Below, in pieces: positions 17,819 to 28,673 of a DNA stretch of 64,000 bases. Below the pieces are notes generated by a model. The model had not been told where the DNA came from. It saw only the letters and a program-made list of their open reading frames with translations, and ran no database searches. This DNA comes from Candidatus Roizmanbacteria bacterium RIFCSPHIGHO2_02_FULL_40_13b. Lineage in GTDB: Bacteria; Patescibacteriota; Microgenomatia; UBA1406; HO2-37-13b. Location of the stretch: contig MFZQ01000013.1 of NCBI GenBank assembly GCA_001789445.1, forward strand, positions 4,596 to 68,595, given 5' to 3'. The stretch's first letter is position 1. Each line of letters starts with the position of its first letter. A program made the translations under genes and the position numbers.

Positions 17819-20800
17819 CTAATTAATTATCCACCAATTAAAACTTGCTAGAACTGATATTGGTTCATCGAGCGTTACTACAAAATAACTCTTACAAGAA
17901 ACTTCTTCCTTCGTACAAGCCTTTTTCAAAGACATATAGAGTGGGCTGTTTTTTGTGTTTGAAGTGGGGGAAATATACACCAAAGAATCTTTATTCAGCC
18001 GATCATTATAGATGGTGATATCTCGACTTCCGGCTGGTATTTCTCCTTCGCCTGCAGATGTTGCATTTGTTTCAATTGCTCCACTTACACTTTTGGCGGA
18101 CGTGTCATTTGCGTCTGCAAGATACGTGTTAACTTTGATTCCTTGGGCAAAATATGCAGATCCCGATGCGTCAATTGAAGCAACTGTTTGAGCTTCGTTA
18201 TTCAATACTTCAAGTTTTGTCGGCGTTTCTGCTTTCTCATTCAAGCTCAACTTAATATTATCTTTTTCGGAAAGGGCAGAAATTCGGTTTGTCCGAATTC
18301 CTTTTTGTGCGATGAGTTCGCCCTTAGTCGTCAAATTTCCGTCTCGAGAAACAATTACTGCGCCGTCAAGGAGATTTATCGTTGAAATAGCAGATATCCG
18401 CAGCTCGAATCCGAGTCCCATGATTGAGTTGTCCTCGATATTCACCGTTCCGGCCATGAGCGATCCTGCAACTGCAACATCATAGAGATTACTTCTTCCC
18501 GTTACCGTGAGATTTTCTAGATTTGGAACTGATACTAAATCCATAGGAGGAAGTTTATACTGTTGTGGATCAGGTAGGGGAGTATTTTTAATTTTATTAA
18601 GCTCATTTTCAATATCGGTAATGTTTTGCGAACTTACTTTTTTCGCAGTCAAGGTTCCGGAGATAGTTGCCTCATTACTTTGCACCGTTTCTGCGACTAA
18701 TGTTTCGGTCGTGACTTTATCACTTGTCAATGTGCCTGAAAACGTTGCATTCCCCACAGCATCAATTGAGGCAACCGGATTATTATCAAAGCCATTAATG
18801 ATAAGTTTTGCAAGCTCACTTTTTTCCCCAGGGCTTTGTGAAGGCCCAGAAAGATCAATGGTTACATCTTTTTCAATTGGAACAATCTTGTGTGTTTTGA
18901 CTATCGGAACTGACTTTATCTCTGGATCATATACTTCTTGATTGTTGATTGGGCTAAATGACCCAGGCTGAATTGTTGCATTTATTATCCCCACAGATTC
19001 TTTATTATAGGAATTCTGCGCAAATCCAATAATTCGTCCATTTGTGGTTGCCTTTTGGGCAACTCCAGATATTTTTGAATAGGTCAGTGCATCTCCCGAA
19101 TTAATCATTCCACCCTGGGTTGTTACTTTCACCGGTAATTGTCCAACAAGTCCCACGAGCGTATGTTTTTCATCATTATTTCCCGTAGCATTTCCAATAA
19201 ATGCGGCATTTTTTGAAATAACACCAATAATTAGATTATCATTCTGATCACAAGGTGTAACCATTCCATCTGCAATCTGGCATAGCAAGCTTCCTGGTTC
19301 CCAGCCTAAAGCTGTCGAAGCAATGGTATCATCTTTCAAAAAGTACTCTGCAAAATCACCTCCACCAGATGTGTATGTAACGCCGCTCGTTCCATTACTT
19401 TGAATCTTACCCACTACATCGCCCGTTCCCTTGATAAATGTTATGAAGTTGTTACTCGTATTTCCACTTCCGGTGAATCCAAGTTTTACCGCAAGTCCTG
19501 AGGCAGAAACCCCCGCATCCTTATTCTCAATGAGCGTAACCGGAAGGGTTCCCTGTGAATCAACAATCGATAATTTACTTGCAGGGGCGATCGTTCCGAC
19601 GCCTATTCGGTTGTTTTGGGTATCGAAACTGAAGAGGTCAGTTTGAAAGGCGAGGGAATTGACTGTATTTCCTACGAGCGATACAGCACTTGCCTTTAGG
19701 TAGGTATTTTTTGTGCCAAACACTGTTTCACCCGCGATTCTCAAATCTCCTCCAAGCGCCAACGTATCTTGTGGGTTTGTAGTTGTAAGAATTCCAACGT
19801 CTCGCCTAAGGTATCCTTGGACACCAAAACCTGAACCATATACATTGTCTGCGTAAACAGATTGAAATCGTTTATCACTTGTTCCCAGCGTTTGAATCCC
19901 AGAATAGGCAGGGATGATACTTCCCGTTAACCCAATATCACCCGTGTTCTTAATCGTGGCGACTTGAGCTCCGCCCACGAGAAACTTTATTTGTCCCGAT
20001 TCTGTGGCTGAAAGAGTAATATCGCCATTTCCAGCAGATTGGAGAATTAAGCCTTTGGCGCTTGAGAGAGCGAAGTTTGCCGATTCCATGGTAGATCGAA
20101 CAGACGGTGCCTCGGTGGACAGTAGCACATCTCCAGTGTCACTGATAAAGGAATTTATTGGAGTTTTTGCCGTTGGAGCGGCCCCAATCGATCCGTTAAG
20201 TGGCTGGCGAGGCATCATTTGTGTATCTCCAGTGATAGTTATTCCCAAATAGCTATTAGAGCCAGACAAAACATCTTCTCGAATAGGACTTCCACACTCT
20301 TGACCTAAGGTAATCCGAAAAGAACCTTGAAGGTTCGGAATTAATTCACACGGTCCAGTAGAGTAGAGTTGACGCCCATTTTGTGCCTGATCATAAATAC
20401 CAAACCTAACTTGTGTTTTTTCGGCAATGATATTTCCAAGTGAATCCTTGAGAATGCCTGAAAAAGAGACAAGTCGTGTATTTGGATTATATTGTTGACC
20501 TGAAAATGGGGAAGAAGTAGGTTTACTCTTAGTTGAGATTATAACTACAAGAAAAACTAATATTAATAATAGGGCCCCAGAGAGCCATAAATAGTTAATT
20601 CGGCCATCGTTACTCTTGCTTATTTCCTCGGTCAATTCAGCCTCTATAGGTATGATTTTTATGTTCTCAATATAACTTGATGGAATTTGCTCTTGGGGTG
20701 CAGACTGTATTGGTTCATTGCGTATATTCTGTGCGTGATTTGTATAGCTATATCCATTTTCAACTAAATAAGAACCGAATACTCGGAGTGATGAAAGCTT

Positions 20801-21040
20801 CCTATTAATAGAATTTATTGGAATATCACTATCTAATAGATACTTTTTATATCTAACTAATTCATCTCTTGTAAAGAAGTCGTCATACCTTGAATGTGTT
20901 TGTGTCCAGAGTAAATAATGATTGATGTCTGATTTATATGCCTTTTTAGAGGAAGTACCGAGAGGTAATGAGTCTAAAAACAAAGCTAATTTATCCTGTT
21001 CCAACTGTGCATTATACCGATTTTCATTGCGATCATTCAT
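17819..21040 (-). CDS. fusion of an integrase/XerD N-terminal SAM-like domain, a TM helix and a large beta-rich fibre-like ectodomain
   Basis: SSKKAYKSDINHYLLW..SINRKLSSLRVFGSYL; TM at about aa 150-170; RIGVGT.AP.SKL.I and GGGDFAEYF..IIGVIS..VGLVGQLPVKV motifs. Confidence 0.7.
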   Translation of the reverse strand: MNDRNENRYNAQLEQDKLALFLDSLPLGTSSKKAYKSDINHYLLWTQTHSRYDDFFTRDELVRYKKYLLDSDIPINSINRKLSSLRVFGSYLVENGYSYTNHAQNIRNEPIQSAPQEQIPSSYIENIKIIPIEAELTEEISKSNDGRINYLWLSGALLLILVFLVVIISTKSKPTSSPFSGQQYNPNTRLVSFSGILKDSLGNIIAEKTQVRFGIYDQAQNGRQLYSTGPCELIPNLQGSFRITLGQECGSPIREDVLSGSNSYLGITITGDTQMMPRQPLNGSIGAAPTAKTPINSFISDTGDVLLSTEAPSVRSTMESANFALSSAKGLILQSAGNGDITLSATESGQIKFLVGGAQVATIKNTGDIGLTGSIIPAYSGIQTLGTSDKRFQSVYADNVYGSGFGVQGYLRRDVGILTTTNPQDTLALGGDLRIAGETVFGTKNTYLKASAVSLVGNTVNSLAFQTDLFSFDTQNNRIGVGTIAPASKLSIVDSQGTLPVTLIENKDAGVSASGLAVKLGFTGSGNTSNNFITFIKGTGDVVGKIQSNGTSGVTYTSGGGDFAEYFLKDDTIASTALGWEPGSLLCQIADGMVTPCDQNDNLIIGVISKNAAFIGNATGNNDEKHTLVGLVGQLPVKVTTQGGMINSGDALTYSKISGVAQKATTNGRIIGFAQNSYNKESVGIINATIQPGSFSPINNQEVYDPEIKSVPIVKTHKIVPIEKDVTIDLSGPSQSPGEKSELAKLIINGFDNNPVASIDAVGNATFSGTLTSDKVTTETLVAETVQSNEATISGTLTAKKVSSQNITDIENELNKIKNTPLPDPQQYKLPPMDLVSVPNLENLTVTGRSNLYDVAVAGSLMAGTVNIEDNSIMGLGFELRISAISTINLLDGAVIVSRDGNLTTKGELIAQKGIRTNRISALSEKDNIKLSLNEKAETPTKLEVLNNEAQTVASIDASGSAYFAQGIKVNTYLADANDTSAKSVSGAIETNATSAGEGEIPAGSRDITIYNDRLNKDSLVYISPTSNTKNSPLYMSLKKACTKEEVSCKSYFVVTLDEPISVLASFNWWIIN

Positions 21041-21869
21041 TACTATTTAATAGTAGAGAAGTCTTGTGGCTTTGTCAAGGGGAAAAACAAGTAGATTTGA
21101 TATATTACGATATCTTAAATATAAGAGATTCATACACGAAATAATGAGTTTAGTAAAAGCTTTAATAAGATTAATACATGATAATGCGGTAATTAATGTG
21201 GCTAGTTACTGTATCAGAATAGATAACATATCCTATAAAAATAACGTCGTATAGTTACTATTTTTGTAAAATTGAATTTATGTAATTTGATTAGGTAACT
21301 TATAAATTATATTTAATATTTCTGTGCCTAATTCTAGAGATATGGCTTCCTAATGATCTAGAACAATCATATTTAATTACTATTTAGTTTCAGTGACTAA
21401 AAAGTCGTTTATATCCATATCAAAATTTTAGAGGAAATACCTTTAATTAATTAGCCAGTCATGATAGGAAGAATTGATATTGAGGCTTCTTGATAGCAAG
21501 TTATAGCAGATAGATCTAGTATGGTAGACGATTGAGATGTTACCGCACAAGATCTTACATTATTTGGTTTTTTATCGTTATTAAGTACATTTCGTGTAAA
21601 TTATGAAAATTTTTTAATAATGTAACAGTTATCAATTATGGGTACTGAATGCTAATTTATTAAAATTAAACGAAAGGCTGTTACAAAAGGCTTTATGATT
21701 AACGGATGTGGAAATTAATAAATCACCTATATATTTTTATACTTTTATGTTATGTTGATATACTTTGAAATAATTAATCAGCATTGACAAGAACGTTTCC
21801 GTCTGTTAATCTCTTAATATAAAATCATACGTTCGTATTAAGCGAATAACTACACTAATATAATACACT
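21041..21869. other. ~830-bp AT-rich non-coding gap between divergent genes
   Basis: No credible ORF; TTGACA at 21785; repeated GTTAC/GTAAC. Confidence 0.7.
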
Positions 21870-22616
21870 ATGCCAATAAAAGATAGAAGAGTAAAAATAT
21901 TGTTACTGCTTCTCCTAATACCCTCTATTCAATACGATTTCATTGAAATTGACGAAGCAAATCAGAACATATTTGATTTATCTATCAATCAAAAGACAAA
22001 GGGAACTCTTTCAGCTCTACTAAAGGATGGTTCTATTGAAAAAGAAGATCGAAATGGTAGCGTTTTTTATAGAATTACTCAAAAAGGTATTCAAGGACTT
22101 TCTCTAGAATTTCCTTTTTTTAGATTTCTTAGTGAGGAGTGGGATGGATTATGGAGGATTATTTCATATGAAATTCCCGAATCAAAACGAGAAATTCGGG
22201 ATCGGTTAAGACGAGAGATGCGTGGATGGGGACTGGGGCCATGGCATAGGTCATTCTGGATAACCCCACACCCAATAAGTAGCTCCCTAAAGGATCTAGT
22301 TTACGGAAAAGAAGAAGAAAAATACATTCAGTCATTTGAAGCTACACACATGTTTGGAGATATGGATATTCTAGTAGAGAAGGTCTGGGAAAAGTCGCAG
22401 CTTGAGAAGGAATATCGAGCTATGTTCAAGACTTGGCATGAAACACTTTCAACGGACGTTTCAAAAGAAGATAAAATGAAGCAGATTCTATACATATACA
22501 TAGCGACACTTCGCATGGACCCGGGATTACCAAAAAGCTTAGTCGGTAGAAACTTTATTGGGTTTGAGGCATTTGATATATTCAAAGAGGTAAAAGGGAT
22601 TCTTCTAAAAGCCTAA
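21870..22616 (+). CDS. PaaX-family transcriptional regulator
   Basis: Motifs YRITQKG, WDGLWRIISYEIPESKREIRDRLR, WITP and DPGLPKSL. Confidence 0.85.
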   Translation: MPIKDRRVKILLLLLLIPSIQYDFIEIDEANQNIFDLSINQKTKGTLSALLKDGSIEKEDRNGSVFYRITQKGIQGLSLEFPFFRFLSEEWDGLWRIISYEIPESKREIRDRLRREMRGWGLGPWHRSFWITPHPISSSLKDLVYGKEEEKYIQSFEATHMFGDMDILVEKVWEKSQLEKEYRAMFKTWHETLSTDVSKEDKMKQILYIYIATLRMDPGLPKSLVGRNFIGFEAFDIFKEVKGILLKA

Positions 22617-22677
22617 AATACTCATTTTGCGGCATATATACCCTGGTAATTTTCGAATCTATCTGTATGATTCTGAA

Positions 22678-23313
22678 ATGGAGTATTTTGGCGAACACAT
22701 CAAAGAACGGGTGCTATCTTTTTGGACCTCATATCGGTCCGAAGTCCTTCTACTTTCGATCTCCTTTATACTAATGATTTTGTCTGGTGGATTTTTTTTC
22801 ATCCAGAGCAAATCAATTCATGCAGAAAAAGTAACTTCAAAAGTAGTACATCACCGCGTTCAAGATACGGTCGTAAATTTCATTTATGTCGATATATCTG
22901 GTGCGGTAAAAAATCCTAACGTTTATAAATTACCAGAAGGAAGTCGTATGAATGACCTTATTCTTAAAGCTGGTGGATTTACAAAAGACGTCGATTCTCA
23001 AGAGCTTAGTCAAACAGTAAACAAAGCGCATATATTGTCAGATCAAGAAAAAATATATATTCCACGACTAGGGGATTCTCAATACATGACCAAATCCCCA
23101 TCTAATCTCTTATATACAGACCAAAGTGAAAGAAAAATTAATATTAATTCAGCTTCAGAAGAAGAAATAGATACGATTGTAGGTATTGGTCCCGCAATAT
23201 CAAAGAAAATCATTGCGGGAAGGACATACAAAGATATTGCTGATCTTGTGGCTAAAAAAATAGTAGGGCAAGCTCTTTTTATAAAAATAAAAGACAGCAT
23301 TTCAGTGTATTAA
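22678..23313 (+). CDS. comEA: competence protein ComEA (SLBB + HhH)
   Basis: VDISGAVKNPNVYKLPEGSR and ININSAS.EEID.IVGIGP. Confidence 0.9.
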   Translation: MEYFGEHIKERVLSFWTSYRSEVLLLSISFILMILSGGFFFIQSKSIHAEKVTSKVVHHRVQDTVVNFIYVDISGAVKNPNVYKLPEGSRMNDLILKAGGFTKDVDSQELSQTVNKAHILSDQEKIYIPRLGDSQYMTKSPSNLLYTDQSERKININSASEEEIDTIVGIGPAISKKIIAGRTYKDIADLVAKKIVGQALFIKIKDSISVY

Positions 23314-23315
23314 CA

Positions 23316-24122
23316 ATGGGTGGTCCAGAAATATTTTCATCCGTAATTGACGGCTATTTGCCTCAACCACAGGCAGCGCTTCTTAACGGAATCGTATTCG
23401 GAATTCCGATCGGGAAGTATGGGGATTTTCATACAAAGCTCAAGATGGTAGGGCTCTTGCATTTAGTTGTTCTTTCAGGCATGAATATCACAATTCTTGC
23501 GGGGATTGTAACGGCCATAACTATTCCATTTGGCAGGAAATTGAGTCTATTGATAACGGGACTACTTATTCTATTTTTTGTCTATTTTATAGGACTTCAA
23601 GCCCCAGCAGTTCGTGCAGGTTTTTGCGCAATTCTAACAGTCGTATCAATTGCGTTTGGAAGAAAAGCAGTGCCGCTTTATTTACTCATTCTCTCTGGTA
23701 TTTTCATAGCTATATTTTTCCCAGATTGGGTTACAGGTTTATCGTTTCAACTTTCATATGGAGCTACTCTAGGCATTATTTTGTTTGGCCCAAAAATTCA
23801 GATAAACCATTCAGGGCTCTTTGGAAGCTTACTATCAAATATTTCTCAAGAACTTCGCGTGACGCTCGCCGCTCAAGTATTTACGGCGCCGCTTATATTC
23901 ATCCATTTCAAGCAAATATCACTTATTTCTCCACTTGCCAATATCATGGTCGCATTTCTCGTTGCGCCGCTTATGATACTCGGCATGATGACGGCTTTTT
24001 TGGGAAAGATGAGCCACTCGATCGGACTTATTCCTTCCATTATCTGCTATGGAATTCTAAACTACATGCTTTTAGTCATTGATATATTGTCAAAAGTTCC
24101 ATTAGGATACATTTCTTTTTAA
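23316..24122 (+). CDS. comEC: ComEC membrane (Competence) domain
   Basis: GLLHLVVLSGMNI, SFQLSY.AT.GI and ISPLANI. Confidence 0.9.
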   Translation: MGGPEIFSSVIDGYLPQPQAALLNGIVFGIPIGKYGDFHTKLKMVGLLHLVVLSGMNITILAGIVTAITIPFGRKLSLLITGLLILFFVYFIGLQAPAVRAGFCAILTVVSIAFGRKAVPLYLLILSGIFIAIFFPDWVTGLSFQLSYGATLGIILFGPKIQINHSGLFGSLLSNISQELRVTLAAQVFTAPLIFIHFKQISLISPLANIMVAFLVAPLMILGMMTAFLGKMSHSIGLIPSIICYGILNYMLLVIDILSKVPLGYISF

Positions 24123-24123
24123 T

Positions 24124-24999
24124 ATGCTTGGAGAACATGTAGTATCGATTAAATTATTTCTCTTTGTTTGCTTTGTGGGACTCACGATATCACTATTCAC
24201 ATATTTTAGGTCGCTCGTTCAGAATCAAAGTCCGCAGGTTGTTTACTGCGACGTTGGCCAAGGAGATGGAACATACGTTCGTACAATTACAGGTATAGAT
24301 ATTATTATTGATGCTGGTCCGGATAGTAGCATATTAACATGCCTAGGCAAATATATGCCAATATTTGACAAAACTATTGAATATGCATTCTTGAGCCATC
24401 CACAACATGACCATTATGCAGGATTTATACCAATGCTTGCAAACTATAGAATAACTACCTTTTATAGCTCTCTTGGAGATAACAAGGCTAAAAGCTATAC
24501 GGTATTGAAAAAGCTTTTGTCACAAAAGGGGACTACTATTAAAAGAATTTTTGCGAAAGATACGATTGATATCGATTTAGAAAACAGAATAGATTTTTTA
24601 TGGCCGGAAAAAGACTTTTATAGTTCAGATCTGAACGATTATTCACAAACGTTCGTACTTACTCTCGCAAATAAATCGTTTCTATTTACCGGAGACGCAA
24701 GCCCTCGATCGCTCACTTTGACTAAGTTACGCTCATGGAATAATACTATACAAATAGACGTGCTCAAAGTTCCACACCATGGCTCAAAAAACGGTCTAAC
24801 AGAAGATTTTTTTAAATTAGCAAACCCGAGAGTAAGTGTGATAAGCGTGGCCGTTCATAATCGCTATAAACATCCATCTCCCAGTATCATTTCCATGCTC
24901 AAAGCCTCAAAACGACCGTATTTTTTAACTTCAGAAAAAGGGGATATATCCTTTACAATTTTACCGGAAGAACTTCTTCCTCAATTTGGCCACGATTAA
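24124..24999 (+). CDS. ComEC-type metallo-beta-lactamase domain (split)
   Basis: DVGQGD, SHPQHDH, LFTGD and KVPHHGS. Confidence 0.9.
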   Translation: MLGEHVVSIKLFLFVCFVGLTISLFTYFRSLVQNQSPQVVYCDVGQGDGTYVRTITGIDIIIDAGPDSSILTCLGKYMPIFDKTIEYAFLSHPQHDHYAGFIPMLANYRITTFYSSLGDNKAKSYTVLKKLLSQKGTTIKRIFAKDTIDIDLENRIDFLWPEKDFYSSDLNDYSQTFVLTLANKSFLFTGDASPRSLTLTKLRSWNNTIQIDVLKVPHHGSKNGLTEDFFKLANPRVSVISVAVHNRYKHPSPSIISMLKASKRPYFLTSEKGDISFTILPEELLPQFGHD

Positions 25000-25795
25000 G
25001 CTTGTGAAGAAATAAAGTTGTGATAACTATAACGATAAGAAGTATTCCTAGTAACTTAAAAGGCACGGCAGTAAAGCTTTTCGTATTAGAATACCTTCCT
25101 GCTTTATCAGTTGACTCGATTGATACAAGTGCTTTGTAATTTCCAATATGAATCCCATCAAGCTGAAACGAATGTGCCGAATTTGCCGACCTATCGGTAT
25201 ACACAAGCTTGCTTGAATGTCCAAGAACTCTTTGCTTGGGAATTTGAACCACTTCAACAGTCCCAATAGGGGAAACGACTCGAATCGTACCGGTAACATA
25301 GGTCCAATTCGCGCCAGAATTTCGAACCAATATATCCCCATCTATTGTATCAATTGAATCATATAATACTACGCCCGTTTGATTTCCAATAGAAAATTTT
25401 TCAATTGAGACGTTCGTATCGAGTCTTCCTGTTGATGTGACAGTTAGGAGAATATTTGAGAGAACTCTTTGTGATGTTCCAATAGTTGTCTTTCCTTCAA
25501 TTATCCGTCCCGAACCCGAACCAAAGACAAGTTGTGGGTAATAATCTTTTTCAGGAGCGCTATCTTGTATTGAAATCGTTGCGAATCCTTTTTCCATTCT
25601 TCCAGTTGGTAAAAAAACAGAATGAGTAGTTTCTTTATTTTCTCCAAGAGTAATAGTTACGAACGGAGTATTTGGGATAGAAGAGATCAAAAAAGAGCTT
25701 GGATCACCATCATTACGGACTGTATATTCAATTTTCGTGCTCGTTCCAGGCTTAGAGTAGATAATACTCGTTGCCGGTTCTATGTATACATTCAT
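24953..25795 (-). CDS. hypothetical Ig-like protein with C-terminal TM
   Basis: Beta-rich with V.N.G motifs and a C-terminal hydrophobic helix. Confidence 0.6.
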   Translation of the reverse strand: MNVYIEPATSIIYSKPGTSTKIEYTVRNDGDPSSFLISSIPNTPFVTITLGENKETTHSVFLPTGRMEKGFATISIQDSAPEKDYYPQLVFGSGSGRIIEGKTTIGTSQRVLSNILLTVTSTGRLDTNVSIEKFSIGNQTGVVLYDSIDTIDGDILVRNSGANWTYVTGTIRVVSPIGTVEVVQIPKQRVLGHSSKLVYTDRSANSAHSFQLDGIHIGNYKALVSIESTDKAGRYSNTKSFTAVPFKLLGILLIVIVITTLFLHKLNRGQIEEEVLPVKL

Positions 25796-25798
25796 ATA

Positions 25799-26521
25799 TT
25801 AATTGTCACAACTGGCAGTTAATTCCAATTTGCCGGAATAACTTCCTCCCAATCCGGCAGTTTTATTAACTTTTATTTCAAGAATTCCTTCTACTGGTCC
25901 ATTTCCACTTCCGGAAAGTATTTTTCGAGGCAAAACTTTCGAAAAAGGTCTAAAAGTATTCTCATTGATGAAATCTGCCGGAGCATACGTACTTTCAACA
26001 TGAACGCCCCAGCCGTAGGAGTTCGGATTTGTCCATTTTTGAGCTACAAGACTTGTGCACTGTTTTGATTCGTCACATTTTGTTTCTGGCAGAATAGTAT
26101 TTCCCAAAACTAGTTTTAGGCTTGATTTTTCCATAACCTCCAGAAGGGCAGATCCATTGAGGCCACTCTTAACCCCAACGCTTATTTTTTGAACTTCTAC
26201 ACCAGAATTTGATCCAAACACAAGTGTATCTGGTTTCTGGAGATAGCTACAACTTGAACCTTTTTCATGCTCAACATATGCATTTCCAGTCAAAACTAAA
26301 CTAGCCTGTGCTTTTCCAATACGTTTTTCTAGAAGTGAACTATTTTGTGAATTAAGCGCTGAATCAATCGAGATTGCAGGTGAAATAATTTGAAACTCGG
26401 AAGCCTGTACATGAACCATGTACCATGTACCATGTAACACCAGAAAGGCTATCATTATGAACTTAATAGTGTTTTGTGTTACATGTCTCGTGTTACATGA
26501 TCTGACTTTCATGAATATCAT
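25799..26521 (-). CDS. hypothetical secreted protein; N-terminus invaded by heptamer repeats
   Basis: Cys pair and WTNPNSYGWG; CATGTAC/TGTTACA repeats at 26406-26500. Confidence 0.6.
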   Translation of the reverse strand: MIFMKVRSCNTRHVTQNTIKFIMIAFLVLHGTWYMVHVQASEFQIISPAISIDSALNSQNSSLLEKRIGKAQASLVLTGNAYVEHEKGSSCSYLQKPDTLVFGSNSGVEVQKISVGVKSGLNGSALLEVMEKSSLKLVLGNTILPETKCDESKQCTSLVAQKWTNPNSYGWGVHVESTYAPADFINENTFRPFSKVLPRKILSGSGNGPVEGILEIKVNKTAGLGGSYSGKLELTASCDN

Positions 26522-26551
26522 TATATAGAAATCTGTGCTACAATATCTCTC

Positions 26552-26755
26552 ATGGATGATAAGAAAAAAATACTTGCGAATAATTTTGCCGCAGATGTGG
26601 TGGGCGAGCTAAAAAAAGTCACGTGGCCAACACGCAAGGAAGCAGGGCGACTGACCCTAGCTGTATTTGCAATCTGCTTGATTGTTGGTGTCTATCTAGG
26701 TATAATAGACGTCGTACTAGCCAAAGTTTTAGGAATACTTACTACGGCTCAATAA
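26552..26755 (+). CDS. secE: preprotein translocase SecE
   Basis: ELKKVTWPTRKE; located upstream of nusG. Confidence 0.95.
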   Translation: MDDKKKILANNFAADVVGELKKVTWPTRKEAGRLTLAVFAICLIVGVYLGIIDVVLAKVLGILTTAQ

Positions 26756-26763
26756 ATCTTACT

Positions 26764-27318
26764 ATGTCAGACATTGATGAAAAAAAAGACGTTTCAGCGG
26801 GCAAATGGTATGTTGTTCATGCACAATCTGGTTTTGAAGCAAAAGCCAAGGAAGGACTTGAACAACGTATCAAAACACTCGGGTACACCGACCGGATTTT
26901 TGACATCGTTATTCCGATGCGAAATGTGATGACGATTAAAAAAGGTCAAAAAAAACAGGGGAAAGAAAAGGTTTTTCCCGGCTATTTGCTTATAAAAATG
27001 GTTTTGGATGACGACTCATGGCTTGTGGTACGTACAACTCAAGGAATAACCGGATTTGTTGGTTCCGGAAATAAGCCAACTCCAATTACCGAGAAAGAAG
27101 TTGAGGCGATTAAACGTTTCGTTGAGCAAGAACAGCCTAAATTTAAGGCAAAATTCTCGGTAAATGAAGCGGTAAAAATAACGGACGGCCCTTTTTCGGA
27201 TTTTATTGGTACAATAGAGTCAATAGATGATACTAAAGGGCGCGTAAATGTACTTGTTTCAATTTTTGGTCGCGAGACACCTGTTGAGCTCGACTTTTTA
27301 CAGGTGGCGAAGCTCTGA
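26764..27318 (+). CDS. nusG: transcription factor NusG
   Basis: [32 protein letters not shown] and [12 protein letters not shown]. Confidence 0.97.
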   Translation: MSDIDEKKDVSAGKWYVVHAQSGFEAKAKEGLEQRIKTLGYTDRIFDIVIPMRNVMTIKKGQKKQGKEKVFPGYLLIKMVLDDDSWLVVRTTQGITGFVGSGNKPTPITEKEVEAIKRFVEQEQPKFKAKFSVNEAVKITDGPFSDFIGTIESIDDTKGRVNVLVSIFGRETPVELDFLQVAKL

Positions 27319-27341
27319 AAGAGCTGAGTCAAATAAAAACC

Positions 27342-27764
27342 ATGGCAAAAAAAGTAAAAACAATCATAAAAATTAACCTTCCGGCTGGCGAAGCTACGCC
27401 TGCTCCTCCTGTTGGTCCAGTTTTGGGTCAGCATGGAGTTCCAATTATGGACTTCATCAAGGAATATAATGCAAAAACCGCCGATCAAAAAGGGCAAATA
27501 ATTCCAGCAGTGATTACTGTTTTTGAGGACAAATCATTCACGTTCATAACCAAATTACCCCCCGTTGCCGAAATGATAAAGAAAAAAGTAGGAATAAAGC
27601 TTGGTTCAGGAAATGCGGGGCGTGAGAAAGTAGGGAAGTTGTCACGATCCCAAGCTGAAGAAATCGCAAAAGAAAAAATGGGGGATATGAATGCATTTGA
27701 AATTGACGCGGCAGTGCAAGTGATTTATGGAACTGCCAGGTCAATGGGAGTAGATACAGAATAA
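27342..27764 (+). CDS. rplK: 50S ribosomal protein L11
   Basis: [19 protein letters not shown] and GTARSMG. Confidence 0.98.
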   Translation: MAKKVKTIIKINLPAGEATPAPPVGPVLGQHGVPIMDFIKEYNAKTADQKGQIIPAVITVFEDKSFTFITKLPPVAEMIKKKVGIKLGSGNAGREKVGKLSRSQAEEIAKEKMGDMNAFEIDAAVQVIYGTARSMGVDTE

Positions 27765-27833
27765 CACGAAACACAAACCATGTAACACAAAACATTTATG
27801 TGTGTTACATGTTACATGATTCGTGTTACATGA
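27760..27833. repeat. heptamer (TGTTACA / AACAC-type) repeats in inverted arrangement
   Basis: CATGTAACACAAAACA...TGTGTGTTACATGTTACATG; similar to 26470-26500. Confidence 0.7.
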
Positions 27834-27840
27834 AATTATT

Positions 27841-28626
27841 ATGGGCAAAATACGAACAAAAATAGTGGGGGACGAGGAGGCTGAAAAAAAGCAGGCAGAG
27901 AAAGCCAAGGTTCGTCGTGAGGCAAAAAAAATCGCCCAACCACAAGAAGATTCTGATAAAGACTTTGAACCAGCTGAAAAAATTGAATCACTCCCGAAGT
28001 CGGATAAAAAGAAAAAAGAAGATAAAAATACTTCTGCAAGAGCACGAGGAAAAAAATACAGAAAAGCAAAAGCAGAATTTGATTCGACCAAAGCATACTC
28101 GCTTTTAGAGGCGATTACGCTTCTAAAAAAGAATTCATACGCTAAATTTGATGAATCATTCGAACTCCATTTGAATCTACTAACAACAAGTGTCTCTGGA
28201 CAAGTTTCTTTACCACATGGATCTGGAAAAACTGTTCGAGTTGCAATAGTTGATGACAAACTTATCGAAGATATTACGGACGGGAAAATTGAATTTGATA
28301 TTCTGGTGGCGCATCCATCATTCATGCCAAAACTTGCAAAAGTGGCAAAAATATTAGGACCTCGCGGACTCATGCCGAATCCAAAAACAGGTACGGTTTC
28401 TGAAAAACCAGAAGAGCTTGCAAAAAAATTCGCTGGGGGCTCCCTTCGATTCAAATCTGAAGCTAAGTTTCCAATATTGCACCAAGTTGTAGGTAAGAAA
28501 TCATTTGAAGACAAACAGCTCGTGGAAAATGTTGCGGCATTTCTAAAAGCTGTTGACGGTAAAAATATCACGTCTGCATACTTAAAAACCTCCATGAGCC
28601 CATCGGTTCTGCTTCAAATCAATTAA
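27841..28626 (+). CDS. rplA: 50S ribosomal protein L1 (N-terminal extension, internal deletions)
   Basis: AKFDESFE, LPHGSGK, LGPRGLMPNPKTGTV and TSMSPS. Confidence 0.96.
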   Translation: MGKIRTKIVGDEEAEKKQAEKAKVRREAKKIAQPQEDSDKDFEPAEKIESLPKSDKKKKEDKNTSARARGKKYRKAKAEFDSTKAYSLLEAITLLKKNSYAKFDESFELHLNLLTTSVSGQVSLPHGSGKTVRVAIVDDKLIEDITDGKIEFDILVAHPSFMPKLAKVAKILGPRGLMPNPKTGTVSEKPEELAKKFAGGSLRFKSEAKFPILHQVVGKKSFEDKQLVENVAAFLKAVDGKNITSAYLKTSMSPSVLLQIN

Positions 28627-28638
28627 GAACTCTTTTTC

Positions 28639-28667
28639 TTGCAATACCATCTCCCTTCTGCTAGGCT
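28639..28667 (+). promoter_or_regulatory. leaderless promoter shared with the second Rhs gene
   Basis: TTGCAA-17 nt-TAGGCT-GAAAGT-ATG, nearly identical at 58271-58308. Confidence 0.7.
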
Positions 28668-28673
28668 GAAAGT

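Noticed and set aside
21041..21869. Firm oriC call
   Set aside because: I saw no cluster of TTATCCACA boxes and dnaA is not nearby; kept only as a hypothesis.
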